DNA of 64,000 nucleotides from Rebecca billardiae RCC1528 (lineage: Eukaryota > Protista > Haptophyta), in the NCBI GenBank assembly GCA_965240325.2, contig OZ251237.1:434001-498000 (forward strand). Direction: 5' to 3'. Under the pieces are notes generated by a model, which did no database searches, had not been told where the DNA came from, and saw nothing but the letters and a program-made list of their open reading frames with translations. This document shows, in pieces, positions 9,378 to 20,888 of the stretch. Positions within the stretch are counted from its first letter, which is position 1. Every line of letters starts with the position of its first letter. Position numbers and translations under genes: made by a program.

Positions 9378-9900
9378 GTGCCAGTGCTGTCGCATGTTTC
9401 CTCTGAGGCGGGTTCGCGTGTTTCCAGAGCATTCGCTCGTGGCCGTGGGGCCGGACAGGCTTCGGACCAGCGGGACACCTGTGAACTTGTGAAGTTCTCC
9501 CACTCAGTACCCACGTCACACGTGTACACGTCTGGCGTGCGGCATCATGTCAGCGAGGCCCACACCCACGAGGGAATGTGCAGCACGCGGGGCGGGGCGG
9601 GTAGCCCGATGCTCCGCGCGAGCGCAGGTACGCGCTGTATGTGCCGCATCTCGACCGCGATGGCGTAATCGAGCGCCTCGCCGCCGACGAAGCCGCCAGA
9701 GTAGATCGTGTGCATGTCCTCCTGCCGCCAGCCGAGAGCGGTCGTCGCGAGGACGCTTGCCGATGTCCGCTCCGGGCATGATGGGCTCGGCGCAGGTCGC
9801 GTTGGCATCGTACACGGCCGTCACGCTGAGCACGAGCGCGTTGACGTTCACGCGGTCGTCGCTCTTCGCCTCTTCGACAGGTCTGGCGCCCGCGTGTTCG
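9378..9900 (-). pseudogene. Disrupted coding remnant, possibly the N-terminal part of a Ulp1/C48-like peptidase domain
   Basis: Codon-like stretch QEDMHTIYSGGFVGGEALDYAI...PRVLHIPSWVWASLT*...SSQVSRWSE with a frameshift near 9760 and an in-frame TGA at ~9545-9547. Cut off at the TIR end (9377). Family resemblance is weak. Confidence 0.3.
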
Positions 9901-10929
9901 GCGGCACAAGGAGCTGTTGGTTGTGCGCGCGCGCGCGCACAGCGCGCACAGCGACAGCATGTGCCACCCGCGATCGAGAGTGGGCACGAGCTGCTCACGC
10001 GGGCACACGAATCGCAGCGCATCCGTCACCGGCGTGACGACGTCCGCCTCGTCCCGCAGCGCCTGCGCCATGGACGAGGATGGCGCGGCGATGTTGCATG
10101 CTCGACGTTTCATCTCTCTGCGGATGGCATCACGGGCTTGTCTGTGTCGCGCTGCGGCGAGGGTCGCCAACTCGCGAAGACACGGTTGCTGCCACGGCGA
10201 CAGACCCGGGAGGTGCGTCCGCTGCGCGTCGTACGCCGTTGGCGCTGCGCTTCCGTCGCATTGGTCACCGTCGACGCCATGCACGCCGGACGTGGGCTTT
10301 CGGCTGAGGGACGCGAGCGACAGTCCGGCGCGCGGATTCCGGGCTTCCGGCAATCGAGTCAGAAGGCCGCGCCAAATCTTGCGTCGCGTGCGATGGCGCT
10401 TCCCGCCCGCGAGACACCTCGTGATGAGGGCCTTTCCGCACCGAGCCCGACGCGCGGCGGTGGATCGCGCGAGGTGGTTGTCGTGCGCAGCGCTTGCTAC
10501 GATGGCCTGTGCGAGCGCTCGACGTGCAAGTCGGGCGAGGATCGCCCCAGGTCGCACGATCGTGTCGACGCGCCGAGCGTACCTCCAAACGCGTCGACTT
10601 TGGCCCCCGTTCGACCTGCACGCGAGACGACGAGGGCAGCAATCGCGAATCGGGCGAAAACCCGTCTAGGGAATCCTCGCGCGATGTCCGCGCCGGCGTT
10701 GGATCTGGCGCGTGCCACCCACGCGCTCCGCGCCATGGGCAACCCTTTTTCGGCCGAGCGTCCCCAGTGGGAGCTGCGAGGGCGCCCGGTAGTGAGCGAC
10801 GCGATTTTCTTTTCTTTGGCTAGGCGATTTTCCTTTTCCTTTTCCTTTTCTTTTCTTTTTCCGGGCACTACAAGGGGCGGGCCGAAGGGGCGGACCTACG
10901 GCCCGCCATTCATGCAAGGCTTGATAGCC

Positions 10930-12003
10930 TCATCCATCGCCCAGCCTCATCCATCGACGACCCTCGTCGGACGCTGCGGGTCCAAGTGACCCAAGAACGA
11001 CATCACGAAAGTCGATGCAGCCGTAGAAGAAGACCTTCGAGTAGGCGTACTCGCCCACCTGCACCCAACGCGTCACGTTGAACTCACCCAGCGAGAAGGA
11101 CGTCACGTACGCGTTGAAGGTTGTCTGCGGGCGCCACGACAGCAGCGGGCGAGGCCTCCACAGCGCCTCGCCAGGGTGCGGACCATCCACGCCGACATCG
11201 ACGGCCTCGGTTGCCTCGCGCGCCGTGGCGTGCAGCGCGCGCCACTCCGAGTACGCCTCCTCCCAGCGCGGGTTGTGCTGCCGCTGCCACTCGGCGAGCA
11301 TGCGCAGGTACAGCTGCTGTCGCAGGGTGGCATAGCTGGCGTTCGTGTTGATGTGGCGCTCGAGGTGTGGCAGCAGCTCCTGCCGGTACAGCTGCGCGGC
11401 GATGCGCCCATCGCGCGCGGCCTCCTCGTCGCCGCTGCACCCGTCAAACACGCTCTGGTAGTCGGACTCAAGCATCACCCCCAGGCTGCCGTTGACGAGG
11501 GAGACGCGCTCGGCAGAGGCGGCGACTGCGCCGTGCTGCGGGACGAGCCAGGTGCGGAAAGAGAGGCACAGCTTCTGCGCGCGCGGGTTAATGTGCGAGT
11601 ACACGGCGCCCCAGAAGGCCGCGCCCGGCTGCAGGTCAGGGTGCAGCAGGTGCGATGCGTCCACCTTCATGGCGAGGTCGGCCTCAAGCAGCGTGCGCCC
11701 GACGTGTGTGCGCGCAAGTGTGGGGTCGATGACTCTGTCGGGTTCGTTCGGGTTCAGATTGACCCAAAATGTATCCGCCGCGCCGGTGAGCCACAGGAAG
11801 TACGCCTCCGCGTCGTCATCCGCCCAGTTCGATGGGTCGAGCACCGCGCCGCTCGACGTGAGCACCAGCCGCGCACTCGCGAGCACGGGCAGCACGCGCT
11901 CGCCTGGTCGGGGAGGGCCTTCGCGCACCGCCACCGACTTCAGCTGCGGCGCGGTGAAGTCGATGCCGGCCGCGCACAGCAGCAGGACCGCGCGCGGCGA
12001 CAT
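10930..12003 (-). CDS. Protein of unknown function resembling actinobacterial secreted hypothetical proteins (DUF1598-related motif)
   Basis: Intronless 357-aa ORF of normal composition; motifs GIDF, FWVNLNPNEPDRVID..L..T.VGRTLLEADLAMK, SFRTWLVP, YLRMLAEW, FNAYVTSFSLGEFNVTR, YGCIDF. Confidence 0.8.
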   Translation of the reverse strand: MSPRAVLLLCAAGIDFTAPQLKSVAVREGPPRPGERVLPVLASARLVLTSSGAVLDPSNWADDDAEAYFLWLTGAADTFWVNLNPNEPDRVIDPTLARTHVGRTLLEADLAMKVDASHLLHPDLQPGAAFWGAVYSHINPRAQKLCLSFRTWLVPQHGAVAASAERVSLVNGSLGVMLESDYQSVFDGCSGDEEAARDGRIAAQLYRQELLPHLERHINTNASYATLRQQLYLRMLAEWQRQHNPRWEEAYSEWRALHATAREATEAVDVGVDGPHPGEALWRPRPLLSWRPQTTFNAYVTSFSLGEFNVTRWVQVGEYAYSKVFFYGCIDFRDVVLGSLGPAASDEGRRWMRLGDG

Positions 12004-12185
12004 CGGTCGCCATGCATCCCCGGACCACGGACCAGACGACTCCCGGACTCCCGGAGACCCGGACTCCGGCTTGCTCGCGAAGACCTTGGTCGCAAGCTTG
12101 CCGCGACACGCCGGCCATCACGCGCTCGGCGACCTCGCTCAGCAACCGTGCACTCGCGAGCGCGGGCAGCACGCGCTCGCCTGAA

Positions 12186-13169
12186 ATGGCGGCGTACGCG
12201 CAGCAGCGACGAGCTCGGCCCGCTGGCGTGCGGGGCGGCGTGCGTGACCTGCCCCTTCAGTTCAAGTACAGCCTGATGGCTCTCGCGCTCGCCGTCTGGC
12301 AGGTCACGCCGCTGCCCCGGCTCATCACGGACGTGGTCGTGGCCATGATGCCGATCGAGAATGACGTCGAGATCGGCGCTGCTTTCGTGCGCGAGAGCCA
12401 GCTCGACCGACGGGTCGTGGACACGCGTCGGCTGCCATCCGTGCATCGCGCGATGCAGCACATCACGAGTACCCTCCTTAGCGCCCTGCCCGAGCGCGAA
12501 CGTCGACAATACGAATGGCGCGTCGAGATCGTGCGCGATCCGGCGGTGAATGCGTTCGCGCTGCCCGGTGGCTTCATCTATCTGAACTCGGGCCTCATCG
12601 AATCCGCGCGCAGCGCAGGCGAGGTGGCCGGCGTGCTCGCCCATGAGATGGGCCACGTGCTCGCGCGCCACTCGCAGAAGCGCATGCTCGAGGAGAAGCT
12701 GCTCACGCACCTGCTGAAGGCGCTCGTCCACGAGGACGGCGACGACCAGGACGAGAGCTTCGCGCAGCGCGTCGCGGAGACGCTCGCGCGCGGGGCGATA
12801 CAGCTCGGCCGCCTGCGCTACAGCCGGGCCAACGAGTTCGAGGCAGACGCGCTCGGGTTCGAGCTGCTCGCCAACGCGCGGGTGGGCGCCGGCGGCATGA
12901 TCGGGTTCTTCAACCACCTGCTCGAGCTCGAGCGAGCAGGCGGGCGCGCGCACGACACGCCGGCAGCGCTCGCCAGCGTGCAGTCGTGGCTCTCGACCCA
13001 CCCCGCGACGGATGAGCGCATCGATGCGCTGCGGACGTCGATCGCCGAGCTCCCTGCGCGAGACAGGCGCGAGCAGGAGCTCGGCGGCCGCGCACTGCGC
13101 GATCACGTCGGCGATTGGGATGCGGTCCAGCGCGAGCTTGCCTCGATGCGCTCTGCGTACTCTTACTGA
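12186..13169 (+). CDS. M48-family zinc metalloprotease (Oma1/BepA-like)
   Basis: VNAFALPGGFIYLNSGLI, VLAHEMGHVLARH (HExxH), YSRANEFEADALG, WLSTHPATDERI; N-terminal hydrophobic segment. ATG at 12186 preferred. Confidence 0.92.
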   Translation: MAAYAQQRRARPAGVRGGVRDLPLQFKYSLMALALAVWQVTPLPRLITDVVVAMMPIENDVEIGAAFVRESQLDRRVVDTRRLPSVHRAMQHITSTLLSALPERERRQYEWRVEIVRDPAVNAFALPGGFIYLNSGLIESARSAGEVAGVLAHEMGHVLARHSQKRMLEEKLLTHLLKALVHEDGDDQDESFAQRVAETLARGAIQLGRLRYSRANEFEADALGFELLANARVGAGGMIGFFNHLLELERAGGRAHDTPAALASVQSWLSTHPATDERIDALRTSIAELPARDRREQELGGRALRDHVGDWDAVQRELASMRSAYSY

Positions 13170-15826
13170 TGAGCTCGAGCTGCCGCCGTCCTCGCTGTCG
13201 CCGTCGTCGGGCTCGCCCATCTCCACGTCCCCGTCGCTGCCGTCGCAGCGCCCCCCTCCGCGCCCGTCGCCCTTCTCCCGTCCGCCTCCGCGCGACTCTG
13301 GTGGCGCAGCGGTTACCAATCGGGCACGAACGAAAACCATTGGTGATTGGAAACGGAAACCGCAAACGATCGATTAGACAAGACGATCCAATGCACCCGC
13401 CGAACATCAAAATTCAAAATGCGTCAAGGGGCGATGGCCGACGCGACGGGAGTGGTGGGGTTGGCACGGGGGGGCTGGGCGTCCGTCCGTCGGGGTGGGC
13501 GCTGCCTCATAAGGAGCTCGACGCGCGCGCGGTTATAGGCGCATCAATGAGATGCAAAATGCCAACCAAGGCCCAGCCTGGACAACCCCCCTCGGCGTGG
13601 TTGGTCGGAGCGCTCTCGGGACGAGCTCGCGATCGTCGTGAATGGATGTCTTGGGGGGGCGCACCGCCTCACGCGCGCACCCGTGCTGCTGAGTGCGGTG
13701 GCCCCGATGCCCGTCGGGGGAGGCGCGTCCGGCGCAGGGCATGACCGGCACGCGCTTCTTGCCTCGCGCGAAGCTCTGATTGCGTCTCTCGCCCGCCGAG
13801 CTCGCCACTAGCCGGCGCGGCCATCCGCGACAACAATTCGCAATGGACCAAGCACACAGCAAGTGCGTGAGTGGGCGCCTGAGCGCGACACGCGCGAAAG
13901 ATGATGCGGCCACGCCCCTGCACGACCGCCTGACCGCCTACTGGCCGCTCGGCGCATCTCAAGTACCCCTCGCGCGAGCGTTTCGCAGCACCGAACGAGC
14001 GTCATGAACCATTGGCCCGACCGCGAACGACGAGGCACAGTGCTCGAGCTGCGCGGACACAGCGCGTGCGCAGTGAGCAGACGCCTGAGCGCGACGTGCG
14101 CACGAGACGATGCGGCCAATCTGAAATCGCTCGACCGCGGCAACACGGGGGGTGCCGGCGCGGATCGGAATGAGCCTCCGGTCGACTGCTGCTCGGACCA
14201 GATGGCTGCATTCGTTGAGGCCGTTGCGCGCCGCGGCTGGGCGCTTGGCGCGCGGTCGCACTCACTGCTCCGCGCGGCCCAAAGCCGACCGCCGACTGTC
14301 GGTCGTCTATGCACGAGTTCGCGCGCCAATAGTCCCCCTCGGGGCGCCAGTCCGGCTCAAAAGCCTTGCCGCGATCCGCGAGATGGCTGCCCATCGCTCC
14401 CAGCGTGGGCCATCTCTCGCACGAGCGCCCACCCGGACACCACGGGCGCGACGGCGCGTGTGGCGTTACGGGTTGTGTGGCATGCACGTGCATGAGGTAT
14501 CTATGCACATTGGCGCCTGCAATCTACCTCCATGTCGCTTGGCATGTGCAAGCGACCGCTGCTGTGATCTTTGATCGGACGCCTGCCCACACGGCTCCCT
14601 GCTCGGTTTCTTACCCTGCGCTCCTGGATGGGTGAAAGTGAGCAGTGCACGTAGCCTTCAGAGGGAGGCTGCCAGCGCGTGCGCGAGCTCTCGAGCCCAT
14701 CCGATCCTTGCAGACACCCCCAAGAAGAGCTCCATAGTCATACACGACAGAAGCTGCAGAAAAATCCCAATTCAAAAAGCAATCACCGTCATGCCTGGTA
14801 TACTACCACGGGAACGGAGACGCTGGCCCTGGAGCGGCGAGCGAAGCTACAGGCGAGCTGCGAGCGCTGACGGCGTTCCATGAAAGATACGCAAGCATCT
14901 ACCACCCACAACTCCGACCTCCCCCGGCGTTATGCACTTGCATTTGCCCGTGCACGGTCGGCGTGCACGTCGATCACTGGCCATGCGGAAGCAGGGACAA
15001 GAGGAGCTGGAGAGAGGTGGATACGAGTCGCCCAGCGATGCCAAGGCCTGAAGAAGAGTCATCTACGACCACCAAACCCCCGCGCCCTGCCGTGCCCGCA
15101 CTCTCATACCTCCCATACCTCGGCCCTTGTGCGTCGTGCCGCACTGGCACGCAGCGGGTCGCCATCACGAACAAAAAGCCTTGCGGCAAGGCTTTTGCCT
15201 CAACTGCCGGCAGCCATCGTGCCCCGAGGGGGACTATAGAGCGCGTGGCACACGGTCCAGCACGCACGCCGCGAGGCCCGAGGCCGTCCGTGCAGGACTC
15301 GGTCTATGCCGGGCTCCGAGCCAACGCGCGTCGGGATGGTCCGAGGCATACGGAACGTGGTGCGGCGCACTCGCCGCCCAGCCTTCGGACACATACTGTA
15401 GTACTGCGGCAGTCCGCGAATGGCGCCGCCTTGGCGGAGACAGATTATTGCGTCAGCACGGCCCCACGCTAGTCGCTACCCCGGGCCCGCTCTCCTTGTA
15501 GGCACCAGGCCGGATTATACCGCTTGCGCCACCAGAGTGTGGCGCAGCGGTGAAACGCCTCGTCATCTGACCAGCGCGCCTCGATAGCGTGAGCTATCTT
15601 ACCAGCCACATGCTTGCCAGCGGTCGGCGATCGTCATACGGACTACTCTAGCCGTCAGACTGACGGCCAGCGCGACCGAGGCGTCTTGCTTGATTGAGGC
15701 ACGGCCGTCGTCGACACGCTGCCCCGGAGCGCGGCTGGGCTAGCGAAGCTTGCGGAGGGGGCGGAGCTGGTGGGCGGATCGACGATCGACCGTTGCTGCT
15801 CGACGCCCGTGCATGCACTATCGACG

Positions 15827-18800
15827 TCAGTGTGACGCCCCGCCACCACCAGCTGCTTCGTACCAGTGGTTCCGCACCGTGGCTGCTCGAGAGCGCACGA
15901 GACGCTTTCGATCGTCCAGGGCGTCGCGCAGGCCGTCAAGGACGTGCCGTCGCAGCGGATGCACCTTGGCGTATGGGAGGTGCCGAATATCGTCGACGCA
16001 GTCCAGGGCGAGGAGCCTGCGCGCACACGCATGGGCCGGGCGCTCGACGTCACATGCGCGCGCGCACGCGCTGGAGGGCGTGGCGAGCGACGGGCCTCCC
16101 AGCAACGGACCTGATTCGCATGGCGTTGTGCGCGTGGGTCAGCGGCAGGAGAAAGTCGACCAAGGCGTTGAGGTGCTCAGCGAGCTTGGTGGCCAGTGGA
16201 GCTGCTGCAGAGGGGCTTTCGTGCTGAGCAGCATACGTCGCTTGCAGAGCGCGCAGCGCGCCCAACACCTGCTCCGCCTCCGTGGCTGCCATATCGGCCG
16301 CGGGCAGGGACACCGCGATCACTGCCGCGATGGCGCGAGTGAACAGCGCGGCGACACGAGGGGCTTCGGCGCGGAGCGATGCGGCTGGGACGCCGTTGAC
16401 AATGTGGCCGAGCGTCAGCAACCACGCGCGCGCGCTCGAGGGCGATTGCGGCCGGCTGATGGCGGCCTCAGCAATCGGCATGGCGACGGAGAGCAGCCGC
16501 TGGCCAGCGAATCGGCTTGTGCGAGCTCCGCCCTCGAGGACGAGCGGGCCCAGTAGACTGGTCGACACCGTGCCACACTCCTCATCGCAGATCGGCGTGT
16601 GCTGCGCACAGGCCAGGGTGCCCAGGCCAATGCGAGCGAGTGTCGTGGCCCACTCGGCCGCGCCGGAGTCGCACACGCCCAGCAGCACGGCGGGTGCCTC
16701 GGTGGCAGCGGCTTGGCCCCGCACAAAGAGCCCGCGGCTGACGGCCAGCCATGCGTCGAAGTCGGCCTCCGCCGCCGGTCCGCTGTCCTTGCCAGCCCCG
16801 GATTGCGGCTGCAGCGTCGGGTACAGCACGTCCACTAGCTCAGCCGGCTGCCACTTGTTGGCCAGCGAGCACAGTGCGCCGCAGGCGTGTCGCCTGTCAC
16901 CCGGGTCGTCGCCTGAGCCCTGCGCGAGCGCCACCAGCGTGCGGCAAAAGTCGGGCTCGGCGGGTTCGGAAGACGCAGCCGCCGGAACGAGCGCAAGAGC
17001 GGCAGAGATGACAGGAAGGAGGGCGCGCAGGCCGGCCTCCCGATCTGGAGCTTGCGCGAGGCAGTGGGCGAGCCGCAGTGCGGAGGCCGCATGCGACTGG
17101 TCCGATGCGTTGGGGGCGCGCGGCGCTGCCTCTGAGAGCGCGTGCGCAACGTCCTCGAGCACTCGCTGCTGGTCGCGCGCCGCCAGCCGCGGCAGGATCT
17201 GGCGCAAGGCCGCGCCGATCAGCGGGAGCAACGCAGGGAAGCCCGCGCGCGACGAGGGCATCGACACCATCGGCTCGATTGCATCGCCCAGCAACGCCAA
17301 TGCCCGTGCCGCGAAATCGTCGACCGCGCCCGGTGGGGGCTGTTCGTCGGCGCTGAGATGCCGATGGATCGCTTCCAGCACGAGCACAGTCACTTGCTTG
17401 CGCCCGTCCGTCTCGCCCGCCTGGCCGCGCGCCGCACAGCTTGCAGTCAGAGCGCCCAACCCATCGAGCAGTGCCTCGCCCACCAGCCAATGCACACCGG
17501 CGTGTGTCGCACTCCCGCCATCTGGGGGCGGCTCGACGGCAGTGGAGGCGAGCGCGCTCGTCACACTGAGCTCCGTCGAGACACGCGCAAGCATGCTCGA
17601 ATCCACGCTTGCCGCGCTCGCAACCTCGCGCAGGCACGCCTGCACTCCGGCCACAAACGGGCTCACGACCCTCTCGATGACCACCTGGCGCAGCGCGTGC
17701 AGCTTGCCCCTGCGTGTCGGGTGCGCGCTCGCCGCGTCGAGCCGGCTGAGAAGGTCGCCGACGACGTTGCCGGCACCAGCAGCCGCTGCCGCCAGCAGCG
17801 CGCCATCGCGTGTGCCATCTCCGGGACGGTGAGAGCACAGAGCGCGCGCCAGTCCGTCCAGCAGGCTGTCAGCCTCGTGCTGCGGCGAGAGGTCGGCCCC
17901 AAAGCACGCGAGCGCGGCCGCGCGTGTGCGCGCCGCCACGGCCACCGACCCGTGCTCGTCGAGCGCACGCAGGGCCTGCACCAACGACAGGGTCACCTCG
18001 GCGCTGTCTGCCAAGCTCGAATCGGCTGCCACTGCTGCAGCATCCGCATCATCGGCACTCAGCCCCACCGCAGCGGCGGTGAGCAGAGCATGCAGAGCGC
18101 CGCTGAGCACACCACCCGCGCCATGGGGTGGAGTGCTGCCGTCGACGTCCATCGCAGCTAGCGGCTCCGCCCGGTCCTCGTCTGACGGCGCAGGCACGGG
18201 GGCTGATACGCGATGCTCCATGGCCTCGACCAGCGCGCCGCACACTGCGGGAAGCGCTCGGCGCGCGACGAGCGCTGCGACCGCCGGACGTGCTGCAGCC
18301 GAGGCGCACAGCAGGCGGACACTCGGCGGCAGGGCGCTCGATGTCGCGGCCTCCGCTGCCACCTGGGGCGCGTCGCGGGCGCTCGCGGCGGCGTGCGAGA
18401 GCGTCCTGGGCAGCTCGCGCTCGAGCAAGGGCGTGACGAAGGCGTGCAGCGCGTCCTCCGCGCCATCCGGCGCGCTGAGCGCCGCGCAGATGTGCTTGCA
18501 CGCCTGCATGCAGGCGCGCGCCTCATCCGAGTCGGCCGGCGACTGGTGCATGAGCGCCGCGAGCTCGGACACGAGGGTGGGGGCGGCTCCGCCGAGCGTG
18601 CGCGCGCCCAAGCGCTCCGCCGTGGCCTCGAGCGCCAAGAGCGCATCGAGCTTGGGTGGCACGGCCGGATCTGCGAGCGTCTTCAGCATCAGCGCGAGAG
18701 CGCGCGCGCCCAGCGCGTCGCAGCTGACAGTGTCGTGCCACGCGGCGCGCAGGTGCTCCGCAGTGATGCCGTGCGGATCGCCAGGGGGCGGCGTGAAGCG

Positions 18801-19499
18801 GATGGGGAAGTAGCAACTCACCACATCGAAGAGCTCGTCGACGCACGCGTCGAGCGGCACTGCGCCGCGCGCGGCGACGCGCGCCACGACCGTCTCGCAC
18901 GCGGTGCGCACGAGCGCAAACGAGCGCAGCAGGTTGCGCGGGTCCTTCTCGCCCTCGACCGACTTGACGACGCCCATGGCGACAGTGGCGCCGAGCTCGA
19001 GCGCGACGAGCTGCTCGGTCTTCGTCTCCAGCAGGCAGGCCATCGCGTCGTAGCTCGCCAGCCGCTCGGGCTGCGCGAGCGCCGGCACATGCAGCTTCTC
19101 GAAGAGCGCGGCGCACATCAGCCGCACGTCCTCGTCCGCCAGCTCGCGCGAGAGGAGCGCCCGCAGACCAAGCGCGGCGGCGGGAATGCAGGGCAGGTCA
19201 TCCAGCCGGTCCGCGTAGAAGACGACGAGGTGATGCGCCGCGCGTCCATCCAGCGCGTCGAGGCTGAGCGCCTCGAGCGCGCGCGCGAGCAGCTCGGTGC
19301 CGCGCGCGCGGCAGAGCGCGTCCAGCGACGTGAGCTGCGGCCCGAGCGCGGTCACGAGGCGCTGGAGGGACGAGGCGGACGCGCTCGCAGCCGCGATGAC
19401 CGCGGCTCGCGCACGCTCCCGCTCGCTGATGTCGTCGGCATTGCACGCGACGTGCACGTCGCGTGCGTCGCCCGCATCGCCCAGGAGCGCGTTCGACAT
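15827..19499 (-). CDS. MMS19: MMS19 (MET18) cytosolic Fe-S assembly HEAT-repeat protein; 2 exons
   Basis: VEGEKDPRNLL, LFDVVSCYFPIRFTPPPGDPHGIT. Intron 16110-16017 (GT..AG) joins MRIR to LLALDC...LDDRKRLVRSRAATVRNHWY, the conserved MMS19 C-terminus. Confidence 0.93.
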
Positions 19500-19791
19500 G
19501 CTCTCGCCCGGTCACGCGCGCTGCTGCCCAGTGCACGGCCCTTGCCAGTGCTTGCGCGCCGGGTCGTGACCTCCAGTCCGGAAGCTTTCCGCATTCCGCA
19601 AACCGGCCGACTCATCCTTTCGCGCGCGCCCGTTGGCCGATGGCCGATGGGTCGAGAAATCTATCAGCAGAAATGGCGGGAGCTGTGGGCTGTGGGATGG
19701 GACGCTCGGATGGGACGCTGTGGGATGGGACTGCTGCCCTTGACGAGCGCCGAGCCGCCAATGTAGAATGCCGTGGTTCGGCCGCTGGAAG

Positions 19792-19963
19792 AAGCCGTCG
19801 TGGATGTCACGATATCTGCGATGCGAACGGTGCGGGCTGGCCACTCGAGTCCGACGAGCCCGTGAACTCCTATCCGCGCCGATAGGAGTTCACGGGCTCG
19901 TCGGACTCGAGTGGCCAGCCCGCACCGTTCGCATCGCAGATATTGTGACATCCACGACGGCTT
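19792..19963. repeat. Long near-perfect inverted repeat (83-bp arms, 6-nt loop)
   Basis: 19792-19874 is the reverse complement of 19881-19963 with one difference, which would pair as G-U in the + strand RNA. Confidence 0.95.
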
Positions 19964-20888
19964 GTCTCTTCTCGGCGTGGCCACTCCTCGCCATTCAGTC
20001 ATGAATTCACGAGCGACGACGAGAAGAATGACTTTTTAGGATGTGAGAGCCGTGCGCCCTTGTACGAGCTCGTCCAGATTGCGGAACTCACGCAGCTTGT
20101 CATGCTCGGCAGAGGTGTCAACGTCGAGTAATAACGGATCAGGGCCAGCTTCACCTAAACCATGAAACACATGTTGTACGGTACAGGGTGGCAAAGAACC
20201 TGAGCGTGGGGCATCCACCAGTATACACGAGGCGCACTAAAGCGTGGGCGCGTCTGAGCCTGTGATGGACTGCTTGTCGTGCGTGCTGCTGGCCTTGTGC
20301 GTGCGCGTGTGTGCGTGTGAGCGTGTGCACATACTACGCATACGCATACAGCTTGTCCTTCCTTCTCTTCGCGATCGTGTCGTCGCGCAGGCTCGGAGGC
20401 TGCGCCTCCTCCGCGCAGGCGAATGGCGGCTAATCAACGTCACCTTGCCCCGTGCGGGCACACCACCGCGCAGCGCCTGACGAGCGGCTGCCCTGGGTGC
20501 GAGGCGGTGCTCGGACGAGCCGCAAGGTGCCAAGGCACCTTGCGGCACCGCCCAGGCGCTGGCGGTGCCGCAAGGTGCCCACGCAAGGGTGTGACTGTGT
20601 GGCAAAGAGGGATCTCACCGCAGGTCAGGGACCTGATCACATCGGTGGTGTGGCCACTTGCGGTGGAGCTGGCGGCTCGCCCAGCCGCGCGGAACGTTCG
20701 AGTGTATTACTGTATATACCGTCGTCCTGAGTCAGCTGAGAGTGAGGCTGAGCGGCAATCGACGACGACACTGGCGGACGGGCAGACGCAGAGGCGCAGA
20801 AATCAGAATATATAATTCGGCGTGAGTCGGACTATACGACTGTGACGGGCGTTATATGATGTGCCACTAACCTAAAATACGAACGAAG

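Noticed and set aside
3968-9385. 8-bp or 9-bp TSD for the long-TIR element
   Set aside because: Flanks GTGATAAG and GTGCCAGT share little beyond GTG; no duplication.
20000-20240. Possible hAT dimerisation-domain or other TE peptide on the minus strand
   Set aside because: Only a YWW and scattered residues; the SERxFS motif is missing and frames are interrupted.
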